A stretch of 45,909 bases of DNA from positions 1 through 45,909 of the forward strand of contig JBGSIV010000020.1 in the NCBI GenBank assembly GCA_041742355.1. The letters run 5' to 3'. Below the pieces are notes generated by a model. It made no database searches, was not told the DNA's origin, and saw only the letters and a list, made by a program, of their open reading frames with translations. Below, piece by piece: positions 1 through 8,814 of the stretch (its first letter is position 1; each line of letters starts with the position of its first letter). The translations under genes and the position numbers were made by a program. This DNA is from Candidatus Zixiibacteriota bacterium. Lineage in GTDB: Bacteria > Zixibacteria > MSB-5A5 > GN15 > FEB-12.

Positions 1-31
1 TTTAGGCCGTTCAACCGCTTCGGCGGCGAGA

Positions 32-505
32 CTACTCGCCCGCAAGCGCCTTCTTCAACTGCACCAGCTGCCCGATGTGGTAGGAATTGTGCTTGCCGAG
101 CACCAGCGCCTGCCGCAGAAGCGTGCGTCCCTCTCCCCAGGGGATTGGAGCCAGCAGGTCCCGAGACGGGTCATCAATAACCCCCAGAAAAGCCTCAAAA
201 TCGGTCCGAAAGCCGGCGACGCTCTGCTCCCATGATCGCGCGTCGGGCGGGGTGTCGCGGGGAGGCCAGTGGCCATCCGGCCAGGAGGGGGAGACATGGT
301 CGGGTTTCAGCGAGTACCAGATAATGTCCCACTGGGTGATACGCAGGTGCTCGAGCAGTTGCCAGGGAGTATGCGCAATACTGCCGTGCCGTACTCCATG
401 GAGGTTCGGGGGAATCCCCGCTACAGCCTCATCGAACATGAGGTGGGCATCGGCTCTGGTCAGCAAATCCCGAATCTGAGTTCGAAGGTATTCGTTCTGG
501 TTCAT
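32..505 (-). CDS. DinB/YfiT-superfamily protein (DinB_2-like)
   Basis: 157 aa with 'TPWQLLEHLRITQ' and C-terminal 'HNSYHIGQL', the His pattern of the DinB four-helix-bundle metal site. Confidence 0.85.
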   Translation of the reverse strand: MNQNEYLRTQIRDLLTRADAHLMFDEAVAGIPPNLHGVRHGSIAHTPWQLLEHLRITQWDIIWYSLKPDHVSPSWPDGHWPPRDTPPDARSWEQSVAGFRTDFEAFLGVIDDPSRDLLAPIPWGEGRTLLRQALVLGKHNSYHIGQLVQLKKALAGE

Positions 506-786
506 CGATCTTCTCGCGGTTTGCCGGGAGGCGTTCGGAGAAGGGCGATGGTGGCCGGGTCAGGGAAGATCGGGGTGAATTCCCGGGCGGTCTCATTGGT
601 CTCTCGCGATTCGAATACTCGTAGAACAGAGCGGGCGGACCGGGGTTCCGGCGGCCTGGAGTCGGGAGTGGGCATCGAAGTATGGGCAATTTCCCACGAT
701 TTTGCGGCAGTTCTCCGGAGTGCGCGGCCGGTCGTTGTCGCTGTAACCGTCTTGTGGATAACCCGCTCGGCGAAAATCACCTGACA

Positions 787-802
787 GGGCACAGGCGATG
801 CT
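787..802 (+). promoter_or_regulatory. putative sigma54 -24/-12 promoter of the flagellin-like gene
   Basis: GGGCACAGGCGATGCT has GG(788-789)-N10-GC(800-801), close to TGGCAC-N5-TTGC, about 50 nt before the ATG at 853. Confidence 0.5.
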
Positions 803-852
803 CCGTCTCTCTTTGCCGGAATCCGCCAAATGGCCGGTAACGAGAGGATACT

Positions 853-1620
853 ATGGGTCTTGGTATCAAAGTCGACATGAGCGCCCTTGATCTGGTTCGG
901 CGGCTGAACGCCTCCGAACTGGCGCTCTATTCGTCGATGGAGAAACTGTCGAGCGGGTTGAAGATCAACCGCGCTTCGGACGGACCCGCGGTGCTGGTCA
1001 TTTCGGAACGTCTTCGATCGCAGATTGCGTCGCTCGGGGTTGATCTGGAGAACCTGAGCGCGCAGCAGCAGGAGTACGGCTACGCGTCCTCGGTCGTGAT
1101 GGACCTGCGGGCCGATTTGCTGGAGGTGCGGTCGGAGGCGCTCGGAGCGGCCCATGAGGGGTACAACGATCCGGCGATGCAGGGGGCGTATGAGGCGGCG
1201 GCCCAGGCGGCGGTCGACTCGTACAACCACATTGCCTCGACGGCCGAGTACAACGGGCAGAAGCTCTTCGACGGTTCGGAGGGCTCGCTGGCGACAATCC
1301 GTCGACTGGACGGAATCGATCTGTCGTCGGCTTCGGCCGCCGAGGCGTCGTTAGAGGCGATCGACCGGGCGGCAGGGGAACTCGACCGGATTCAGATCGA
1401 CCTCGGGGCAAAGCAGAAGAATGAACTGGAAGCGCAGCAGCGGTCGCTGGCGATCACCCAGCAGAACCTGATGGCGGCTGAGAGCGGACTTCGGGACACC
1501 GACTATGCGCTGGAGTATACGAATTTCATTGTGGAGGCAATGCGGATGCGCGCCGGGGTGGCGCTTTGGGCGCATTCGCGGATCGCCGCCCAATCCGTGC
1601 TTTCGTTGCTGGGCTCCTAA
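853..1620 (+). CDS. flagellin-family protein, short and divergent (D0/D1 only)
   Basis: N-terminal 'MEKLSSGLKINRASDGPA..ISERLRSQI', 'EYNGQKLFDGS' and C-terminal 'NLMAAESGLRDTDYALE..LSLLG'; RBS GAGAGG upstream. Confidence 0.85.
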   Translation: MGLGIKVDMSALDLVRRLNASELALYSSMEKLSSGLKINRASDGPAVLVISERLRSQIASLGVDLENLSAQQQEYGYASSVVMDLRADLLEVRSEALGAAHEGYNDPAMQGAYEAAAQAAVDSYNHIASTAEYNGQKLFDGSEGSLATIRRLDGIDLSSASAAEASLEAIDRAAGELDRIQIDLGAKQKNELEAQQRSLAITQQNLMAAESGLRDTDYALEYTNFIVEAMRMRAGVALWAHSRIAAQSVLSLLGS

Positions 1621-1665
1621 GCTCCTTCTCCCCCTTTGGCAATAGGATTGCCCCTGTTTGCACCG

Positions 1666-1701
1666 ACCGCCGGGTTCACACCGCCCGGCGGTTTTACTTT
1701 T
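1666..1701 (+). terminator. intrinsic terminator after the flagellin-like gene
   Basis: stem accgccggg/cccggcggt followed by tttactttt. Confidence 0.6.
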
Positions 1702-1718
1702 GGGGGAGAAACGGGCAG

Positions 1719-1748
1719 AAAAAAACCGCCGGCGAACAGCGGTTTTTC
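1719..1748 (-). terminator. intrinsic terminator after rpmB
   Basis: minus-strand stem ccgctg/cggcgg followed by T7. Confidence 0.7.
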
Positions 1749-1775
1749 AGATCGATGGCAGCCTCAGCGGTCGTG

Positions 1776-2009
1776 CTACTTGGATGCCGTAGCGACCGGA
1801 GCCTTGGGGCGCCGCCCGCGGACATTCTTCGTCACCTTGCCGGCCTTGAGGCAGGAGGTGCAAACAGTGAGGCGTTTCGGCGTGCCGTCGACAACCGCCC
1901 GGACTTCCTGCAGATTGGGGAAGAAGCGCCGCGGGGTCTTATTATTCGCATGGGACACGTTGCGTCCCGTCGCCGGTTTCTTGCCGCAGATTTCGCAAAT
2001 TTTGGACAT
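1776..2009 (-). CDS. rpmB: 50S ribosomal protein L28 (Zn-ribbon CxxC..CxxC form)
   Basis: [34 protein letters not shown]...[21 protein letters not shown] supports the ATG at 2009 rather than 2021. Confidence 0.97.
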   Translation of the reverse strand: MSKICEICGKKPATGRNVSHANNKTPRRFFPNLQEVRAVVDGTPKRLTVCTSCLKAGKVTKNVRGRRPKAPVATASK

Positions 2010-2205
2010 GGCTGAAATCAACTCCTTTCGGGCCAGAGCCTGTTAATTTAACCTACCGAATGAAAAAGGCAAGCCCTTTTTGACGAATTTCGGCCCCGAC
2101 CGGGATCTCCGTCGCCGCCGGGTACGGGCCTTAAACACCCTGTCCGGAGCGGGGTTCCGGCCCAATAACCCAGCGAAAGTGTTTGCAGGAAGCCAACTTG
2201 TTGGT

Positions 2206-2234
2206 TTGACTCCACTCCCCGGATTGCCTATAAT
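2206..2234 (+). promoter_or_regulatory. sigma70-type promoter of the serS operon
   Basis: TTGACT-N17-TATAAT, 57 nt upstream of serS. Confidence 0.7.
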
Positions 2235-2291
2235 GGGGCGAACCAATCGGAGTGTGCAGGCTATAATTCAGTAGCAGGACGGATAATTGAC

Positions 2292-3551
2292 ATGCTCGAT
2301 CTCAAGTTTATCCGGGAAAATCCCGGGGCCGTTAGGGCCGCCATCGCGAAGAAGAATGACAAGTCGGACATCGACGCCGTGCTGGCGGTCGATGGCCGAC
2401 GTCGGGAAATAATCCAGCGGACCGAGGCGCTCAAGGCGGAGCGCAACCGGGTCTCCGGTGAAATCGCCCAGAAGAAGAAAGCCAAGGAGCCAGCCGATGC
2501 GCTGATCGAAGAGATGCGGCAGGTGGGCGAGAAGATCGCCCAGCTTGATAATGACCTGCGCGATGTCGAAACGGAGCTGCAGCAGCGGCTATCGTGGATT
2601 CCGAACCTCCCGCATGCCTCGGTCCCGCCCGGTGGTGAAGCGGATATGAAGATCATACGCCACTGGGGCGAACCGGCGAAGAAGGATTTTGCCGTGCGAC
2701 CGCACTGGGAGATCGGTGAGCAGCTCGGGATACTCGACATCCCGGCCGCGACGAAGGTCTCCGGTGCCGGGTTCTACATGCTCCGGGGGCTCGGGGCGAA
2801 ACTGCAGCGGGCGCTGGTGGCATACATGCTCGACACGCACGCCGCCGCCGGGTTTGTCGAACACGCCGCGCCGTACCTGGTCACTGCCGACACGATGTTC
2901 GGCACCGGCCAGCTACCCAAGATGGCCGACGACATGTACAAGGTCGACGACAACATGTGGCTCATTCCGACCGCCGAGGTGTCGCTGACGAATCTGTTCA
3001 AGCAGGACATTCTCAGCTACCAGCAATTGCCGGTGTATGTGGTCGGCCATTCCCCGTGTTTCCGCCGTGAGGCGGGGGCTGCGGGCAAGGACACCCGCGG
3101 GATGATCCGGGTGCATCAGTTCGAAAAGGTCGAGATGGTCAAGATTGTCCGGCCGGAGTCATCGTACGATGAACTCGAGTCGCTGGTGGCGCAGGCGGAG
3201 AAGATCCTGCAGGGATTGTGCATTCCCTACCGGGTGGGGATGCTGGCGGCGGGTGACCTGTCGTTCGCGGCGGCGAAGTGCTACGATATCGAGTTGTGGA
3301 CGGCGGGAATAGAACGCTGGCTGGAGATTTCGTCCTGCTCCTATTTCGAGGATTTCCAGGCGCGGCGGATGAACTGCCGTTTCCGTGACGAAGAGAAGAA
3401 GGTGCTGTTCCCGCACACGCTCAACGGTAGCGGGCTCGCGCTGGCCCGGTTGATCCCGGCGATTCTGGAGAATTACCAGAATGCCGACGGCACGGTGACG
3501 ATTCCCGACGCGCTCCGGCCGTACATGGGAGGGATCGAGAAAATAGGCTAA
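2292..3551 (+). CDS. serS: seryl-tRNA synthetase
   Basis: MLDLKFIRENP N-terminal coiled coil, LIPTAEV, FRREAGAAGKDTRGMIRVHQFEKVE (motif 2), HTLNGSGLA (motif 3). Confidence 0.99.
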   Translation: MLDLKFIRENPGAVRAAIAKKNDKSDIDAVLAVDGRRREIIQRTEALKAERNRVSGEIAQKKKAKEPADALIEEMRQVGEKIAQLDNDLRDVETELQQRLSWIPNLPHASVPPGGEADMKIIRHWGEPAKKDFAVRPHWEIGEQLGILDIPAATKVSGAGFYMLRGLGAKLQRALVAYMLDTHAAAGFVEHAAPYLVTADTMFGTGQLPKMADDMYKVDDNMWLIPTAEVSLTNLFKQDILSYQQLPVYVVGHSPCFRREAGAAGKDTRGMIRVHQFEKVEMVKIVRPESSYDELESLVAQAEKILQGLCIPYRVGMLAAGDLSFAAAKCYDIELWTAGIERWLEISSCSYFEDFQARRMNCRFRDEEKKVLFPHTLNGSGLALARLIPAILENYQNADGTVTIPDALRPYMGGIEKIG

Positions 3552-4807
3552 TGTCCCGCGCTATTCACAAGATCAGCCTGACCAATCGGCTGTACCTGGG
3601 GAAATCGACCCTGATCAAGGGATTCCTTCTGGCCGGCGTGGTCATTATCTCACTGGTGTTCATCTGGTACACCTTCAACGTGATCGAGAAGTTGAAGGAG
3701 GGGACGCGCAGCCAGGTCGAGAAGTACGTGAAGATGTGGCAGTTGGCGGCCAGTTCGGAGACTTCGGGAGAGGAATTGCAGTTCATCTTCGACGAGATTA
3801 TCGTCAAGGCTGACTTCCCCATCATCGTGCTGGACAAGGACCGCCGCCCGATCCACTGGCGCAACATCGAGGGGATCGATCCGGCCGAACACTCTCCCGA
3901 ATCACAGGCGAAGCTCGCCCGTATGGCCGAGGAAATGGTGGCGCACAACCAGGAGTTCCCGCTGTATTTCGGCGAGGGGCATGTCAACTATTTCCTCTAC
4001 GGCGACACGGATGCGATCAGACAGCTCACGATGATGCCGTTTGTCGAGATCAGCATCGTGCTGGCGTTTCTCGGGGTGGCGCTGATCGGCTACCAGAATA
4101 TTCGACGGAGCGAGGAACGGCACATCTGGGTGGGGATGGCCAAGGAGACTGCGCATCAGCTCGGGACGCCGATTTCGTCCCTGATGGGCTGGATCGAAGT
4201 GATGGCGTCCGATTGCATGACGCCGTCGGAGCAGCGGCACGCGCAGGTGAGCCTGGGCGAGAGCCTGGAGAATATGCGGGTCGATGTCGATCGGCTTCAG
4301 AAGGTCGCTAACCGTTTCGGTCAGATCGGCTCCGTTCCGGAGCTGCGCCGGCACGAGGTCAACGGGTGTGTCGGTGAGGCGGTGGAGTACTTCCGGCGGC
4401 GGCTGCCGTTCGAGGGGAAGGGGATCCGATTCGAGTTTATCAAGGGGGATCTACCGTCGGTCGAGCTTAATGCCGAATTGTTCGGCTGGGCGATCGAGAA
4501 TTTGATCAAGAACTCGCTGCAGGCGGTTGATCCGAAGAACGGCCTGATCCGGGTGACGACAGCGCGCCATCCGAGCAAGCCGTGTGTGGTGATAGAAGTT
4601 GAAGACAACGGCGCCGGGATTCCGGTGGCGGCGCAGCGGCGCATTTTTCGTGCGGGTTTCACGACGAAGAAGCGCGGCTGGGGCCTCGGCCTGACCCTCG
4701 TACGGCGCATCATACAGGAATACCATGGCGGGCGGGTGGCGCTCAAACGGTCCAAACCGGGTGAGACGATCTTCGAGATCTGGCTGCCGGTCTCCGCTCA
4801 GCAATAG
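3551..4807 (+). CDS. membrane sensor histidine kinase (candidate PorY-like partner of the downstream PorX-type regulator)
   Basis: Two TM segments, H-box 'MAKETAHQLGTPISSL', N-box 'ENLIKNS', G-boxes 'DNGAGI' and 'GWGLGL'; start overlaps the serS stop (TAATG). Confidence 0.9.
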   Translation: MSRAIHKISLTNRLYLGKSTLIKGFLLAGVVIISLVFIWYTFNVIEKLKEGTRSQVEKYVKMWQLAASSETSGEELQFIFDEIIVKADFPIIVLDKDRRPIHWRNIEGIDPAEHSPESQAKLARMAEEMVAHNQEFPLYFGEGHVNYFLYGDTDAIRQLTMMPFVEISIVLAFLGVALIGYQNIRRSEERHIWVGMAKETAHQLGTPISSLMGWIEVMASDCMTPSEQRHAQVSLGESLENMRVDVDRLQKVANRFGQIGSVPELRRHEVNGCVGEAVEYFRRRLPFEGKGIRFEFIKGDLPSVELNAELFGWAIENLIKNSLQAVDPKNGLIRVTTARHPSKPCVVIEVEDNGAGIPVAAQRRIFRAGFTTKKRGWGLGLTLVRRIIQEYHGGRVALKRSKPGETIFEIWLPVSAQQ

Positions 4808-4818
4808 GATACAGCTAT

Positions 4819-6381
4819 ATGCCCGGTCCTCTCGATCAGAAAAGGATTCTCTGGGTCGACGACGAAATCGATTCGTTACGGCCGCACATGCTCTTTCTGG
4901 AACAGCGCGGTTACACGGTCTCGGGCGCAGTCTCCGGTGACGACGCCATTGAGATGGTTCGCGACCAGGTGTTCGACCTGGTGCTCCTGGACGAAATGAT
5001 GCCGGGGAAAGACGGCCTCACGACACTAGAGGAGATCAAGGAAATTCGCCCGCACCTCCCCGTGGTGATGGTCACCAAGTCGGAGGAGGAGTCGCTCATG
5101 GACCAGGCGATCGGGCAGAAGATCGACGATTACCTGGTCAAGCCGGTCAATCCGACCCAGGTGCTGTCGCTCGTGAAGCGGATGCTCGAGTCGAAGAAGA
5201 TCATCAGCAACTCGACCATGCAGCGGTACATCCAGGAAATCAACCGGTTCAATCAGAAGCTGTTCGGTCGTCTGGAGCCGGAGGACTGGTTCGAGGCGGC
5301 GCGGATTCTGGCGACATGGAACCTGGAAACGGATCGCCAGAACGACGTCGGCTTGGAGCACGCGCTGGACGGCATGCGCAAGGAGTGGAACACCGAGTTC
5401 ACCAAGTACCTCGACCGCAACTACCTCGAATGGCTGCACAGCAAGGATGGTCCGACGATGTCGCCGGATGTCACGAAGAACTTCGTCTTCCCGCACCTGA
5501 AGCAGGGGCGGAAGGTGGTCCTGATCGTGATCGACTGCATGCGCCTGGACCAGTGGATGCTGGTGGAGCCGCTGGTGGCGGAGTATTTCGATGTCCAGCG
5601 GAACTACTACTTCTCGATGCTGCCGTCGGCGACTCCGTTCGCCCGAAACGCGCTCTTTGCCGGGAAGTACCCGGATGCTATTCAGGATGATTTCCCGGAT
5701 CTCTACCGGACGCAGGCGGAAGGGTCGCTCAACCGGATGGAAGATGAGCTCTTTGCGGGGAATCTCCACCGGAGCGGATTTGAAGTGTCCCGGCAGATGA
5801 AGTACACGAAAATCTACAACAACACCGAGGGAGAGGTCGTGGTGAAACGCTTGGCCGACTACTTCGAGGCGCCGATCTCGACCTTTGTGTTCAACTTTCT
5901 CGATATCCTGGCCCATGGCCGTTCGAACAACGTCATCCTCAAGGAGATCGCCGGCTCGGAGGCGGCGTTCCGGACGCTAATGCAGACTTGGTTCGTGCAC
6001 TCGCCGCTCTACGCGATGCTCAAGGGGTACGCCGCGCGGCGCGACACGACGGTGGTCGTGACGACGGACCACGGCTCGGTGCTGTGCAAGCGGGGGACGA
6101 TGGCCCATGGTAAGCGGTCGACGTCGACGAACCTCCGCTACAAGTACGGCGACAACCTGAATTCCGACCCGGGGGACTCGATCCTGATCAAGAAGCCGGG
6201 CGAGTGGCGGCTGCCGATGCTGTCGCTCGCGACGACCTATATCCTGGCGAAGGAGGATTTCTTCTTCGTCTACCCGAACAATTACAATGAGATGATCCGG
6301 CAGTTCCACAACTCGTTCCAGCACGGCGGCGTGTCGCTCGAAGAGATGGTTGTGCCGGTTACCACGCTAAATCCGCGGTAG
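4819..6381 (+). CDS. porX: PorX-type response regulator: receiver domain + PglZ/alkaline-phosphatase-fold domain
   Basis: REC (WVDDE, LLDEMMPG, KP) followed by 'DCMRLDQW', 'LPSATPFARNALFAG', 'NFLDILAH', 'TTDHG' and 'FQHGGVSLEEM'; 520 aa; lies directly before tsaE, as porX does in Bacteroidota. Confidence 0.85.
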   Translation: MPGPLDQKRILWVDDEIDSLRPHMLFLEQRGYTVSGAVSGDDAIEMVRDQVFDLVLLDEMMPGKDGLTTLEEIKEIRPHLPVVMVTKSEEESLMDQAIGQKIDDYLVKPVNPTQVLSLVKRMLESKKIISNSTMQRYIQEINRFNQKLFGRLEPEDWFEAARILATWNLETDRQNDVGLEHALDGMRKEWNTEFTKYLDRNYLEWLHSKDGPTMSPDVTKNFVFPHLKQGRKVVLIVIDCMRLDQWMLVEPLVAEYFDVQRNYYFSMLPSATPFARNALFAGKYPDAIQDDFPDLYRTQAEGSLNRMEDELFAGNLHRSGFEVSRQMKYTKIYNNTEGEVVVKRLADYFEAPISTFVFNFLDILAHGRSNNVILKEIAGSEAAFRTLMQTWFVHSPLYAMLKGYAARRDTTVVVTTDHGSVLCKRGTMAHGKRSTSTNLRYKYGDNLNSDPGDSILIKKPGEWRLPMLSLATTYILAKEDFFFVYPNNYNEMIRQFHNSFQHGGVSLEEMVVPVTTLNPR

Positions 6382-6382
6382 T

Positions 6383-6829
6383 ATGCAGAAGGCCCTGAGC
6401 GTCGTTTCGCACTCGGAAGAAGAGACCGCCGCGCTGGCGCAGCGGATAGCGGTGTTTCTGCGGCCGGGCGATATGGTTGTGCTCACCGGAGAACTGGGGG
6501 CGGGCAAAACGGTGTTCGTGCGTGGCCTGGCCAGGGGACTGGGGATAGACGAGGAATTGGTCAACTCGCCGTCCTTTACGATCGTCAACGAGTATCCCGG
6601 CGGGAAACAGGCGCTCTTTCATTTCGATCTCTACCGGATCGGCGATACATCGGAACTCAATGAGATCGGCTGGTATGACTATCTCGGGCGGGACGGGATC
6701 ATGGTGGTGGAGTGGGGGGAGAAGGCCGACGGGTTCCTCCCCGGCGGTTACTATCAGGTGAACTTCGCGGCGGTTGGCGAAACCGAGCGGCAGATCGATA
6801 TTTCGTTTGCGGAGGCGGTCCATTCATGA
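6383..6829 (+). CDS. tsaE: tRNA t6A biosynthesis ATPase TsaE
   Basis: 'GELGAGKT' Walker A, 'VNSPSFTIVNEY', 'HFDLYR', 'VVEW'. Confidence 0.97.
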   Translation: MQKALSVVSHSEEETAALAQRIAVFLRPGDMVVLTGELGAGKTVFVRGLARGLGIDEELVNSPSFTIVNEYPGGKQALFHFDLYRIGDTSELNEIGWYDYLGRDGIMVVEWGEKADGFLPGGYYQVNFAAVGETERQIDISFAEAVHS

Positions 6830-7506
6830 GTGAGCGGAATATTCTGTCAGTGGACACGTCGACTAGCGCGCTGCGGTTGGCCCTGCGGTTCGGGGGAGAC
6901 CGCCTGGTGAAGAGCCAGGACACGGTCGAGAAGTCGCACGGCCAGATCCTCCTGAAGCGGATCGAGGAGCTGCTGGCTTCGGCGGGCATGAAGATCGGGG
7001 ATCTCGAAGCGATCGCGGTGGCAGTCGGGCCGGGATCGTTCACCGGCCTGCGCATCGGGCTGGCGGCGATTAAGGGGATGGTGATGGCGCTGCACATCCC
7101 GATTGTGCCGGTCACGGTGTTCGAGGTCGCGGCGGCCAGACTCAGTGGGGTCGGGGGAACGGTGCAGGTGATTGTCCCACTCAATCGGGAGGAGTGCATC
7201 CTGTGTGCGATCGGCGCCGATGGTGCGATAGGAGAGCCATCGATCGAGCGGTATGATCGACTGGCGGCGGCAGTGGGCGAAGATGCGGTGGTGGGGATAG
7301 GAGTGGATCTGCGGAAGGACTTTCCTCTTCTGGCAGGTCGGGACTTGACCGCCCGGGTGCAATACAACGCAGCGGACTTGATATACCTCGCGGATGCCCG
7401 TCTGGATGACGGATATCCAGGAGCCGAAGTGGCGACCCTTGAGCCACTGTACTTGCAGAAATCGCAGGCGGAGATGAAGTTTGAGCGACTCCACAGAGAT
7501 CGATAA
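6826..7506 (+). CDS. tsaB: tRNA t6A biosynthesis protein TsaB
   Basis: 'ILSVDTST', 'GPGSFTGLRIG', 'LEPLYL'; ATGA overlap with tsaE places the start at 6826. Confidence 0.95.
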   Translation: MSERNILSVDTSTSALRLALRFGGDRLVKSQDTVEKSHGQILLKRIEELLASAGMKIGDLEAIAVAVGPGSFTGLRIGLAAIKGMVMALHIPIVPVTVFEVAAARLSGVGGTVQVIVPLNREECILCAIGADGAIGEPSIERYDRLAAAVGEDAVVGIGVDLRKDFPLLAGRDLTARVQYNAADLIYLADARLDDGYPGAEVATLEPLYLQKSQAEMKFERLHRDR

Positions 7507-7957
7507 GCCGGCGTTCACCATCCGGAATATGGAAGAGCGGGACCTCAACGAGATAGTCCGGCTGGAGCGGATAATCTTCCCCGACCCATGGCCGAAGTCG
7601 GCGTTTGCCGAGCAGATTTCGGGTGAGGGGTGGGGAGCGCTCGTAGCCGAAGCGGAGGGGGAGTTGGTTGGTTATGGGTGCTATTTCACGGTCGATATTG
7701 AGGCCCATTTGACCAATATCGCGGTGCGGGAGGACTTCCGAAGAAAATCGGTTGCGAACGCCTTGTTGAACATTATCTTAGAGCGGGTGGCCGCGGACGG
7801 CTGCCAATATTTGTTGCTTGAGGTCCGGCAAAGTAATAGCATTGCTCGGACCTTTTATGAGAAACGGGGCTTCCGGACGCTGTATCAGCGGCCGAATTAC
7901 TATCGCCGTCCGGTTGAGGATGCCCTGGTCATGGTCTACTATCTCGACTCCAACTGA
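7481..7957 (+). CDS. rimI: ribosomal protein S18 alanine N-acetyltransferase (GNAT)
   Basis: 'FPDPW', 'LTNIAVREDFRRK', 'LEVRQSN..A..FYEKRGF', 'RPNYY...EDALVM'; tsaE-tsaB-rimI synteny; the TTG start is uncertain. Confidence 0.92.
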   Translation: MSDSTEIDKPAFTIRNMEERDLNEIVRLERIIFPDPWPKSAFAEQISGEGWGALVAEAEGELVGYGCYFTVDIEAHLTNIAVREDFRRKSVANALLNIILERVAADGCQYLLLEVRQSNSIARTFYEKRGFRTLYQRPNYYRRPVEDALVMVYYLDSN

Positions 7958-7971
7958 GGTGGTTATCACCT

Positions 7972-8814
7972 ATGGCGTGGTTTCGCAAGGATCGCAGCGG
8001 CCCGGTGCCGCAGGAAAAGAAGAATATCCCCGAGGGGTTGTGGATCAAGTGTGACTCCTGCGGGGAGATCATATACAACCGGAAGATGGAACAGCTGCTG
8101 TGGGTTTGCCCCAGTTGCGATTACCACTTCCGCATTTCCTCCCAAAAGTACATAAACCTGCTGCTCGACGGCGGGCGGCTCGAGGAGTTCGACGCCAACC
8201 TGACGTCGAGAGATCCGCTGAAATTCAAGGACTCGAAGAAGTACCCTGACCGGATCAAAGGAGCCCAGCAGAAGGCGGGGCGGCTTGAGGGCGTGATCAG
8301 CGGCATCGGTGAGATCGGCGGGATCGAGGTTTCGTTTGCGATCATGAATTTCGAGTTTATCGGCGGTTCGATGGGTTCGGTGGTGGGGGAGATGATCGCG
8401 CGGACAATCGAGCGGTCGATCGAGCGGGAGATTCCGCTTATTATCGTATCCGCCTCGGGTGGCGCCCGCATGCAGGAGGGGATCCTGTCGCTGATGCAGA
8501 TGGCCAAGACCTCTGGGTTGCTGCAGCGCCTGCATGACAAGAAGGTGCCGTACATATCGATTCTGACCAATCCGACTACGGCCGGCGTGATGGCGTCGTA
8601 CGCCTCGCTTGGTGACGTGATTATCGCTGAGCCCAAGGCGCTCCTGGGCTTTGCCGGGCCGCGCGTTATCCAGCAGACGATCAAGCAGGAACTCCCCGAG
8701 GGCTTCCAGTCCTCGGAGTTCTTCATGGAAAAGGGCTTCCTCGACAAAATCGTACATCGCAAGGATCTTCGCGAGACGGTCATCGCGCTCCTGAAGTTCA
8801 TGTGGAGAAAATGA
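7972..8814 (+). CDS. accD: acetyl-CoA carboxylase carboxyltransferase beta subunit
   Basis: 'IPEGLWIKCDSC...CPSC' Zn finger, 'FIGGSMGSVVGE', 'SGGARMQEG', 'GFAGPRVIQQT'. Confidence 0.98.
   Translation: MAWFRKDRSGPVPQEKKNIPEGLWIKCDSCGEIIYNRKMEQLLWVCPSCDYHFRISSQKYINLLLDGGRLEEFDANLTSRDPLKFKDSKKYPDRIKGAQQKAGRLEGVISGIGEIGGIEVSFAIMNFEFIGGSMGSVVGEMIARTIERSIEREIPLIIVSASGGARMQEGILSLMQMAKTSGLLQRLHDKKVPYISILTNPTTAGVMASYASLGDVIIAEPKALLGFAGPRVIQQTIKQELPEGFQSSEFFMEKGFLDKIVHRKDLRETVIALLKFMWRK

Noticed and set aside
753..761. Perfect DnaA box TGTGGATAA
   Set aside because: It is a single box with no cluster, no AT-rich unwinding element and no dnaA/dnaN nearby, so it is not evidence for oriC.
833..840. GCCGGTAA as a sigma28 -10 box for the flagellin gene
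   Set aside because: There is no TAAA -35 at the right spacing, and it is too close to the RBS and start codon.
4819..6381. PglZ domain as a sign of a BREX defence system
   Set aside because: It is fused to a receiver domain in PorX architecture among housekeeping genes, with no brxC, pglX or brxL nearby.
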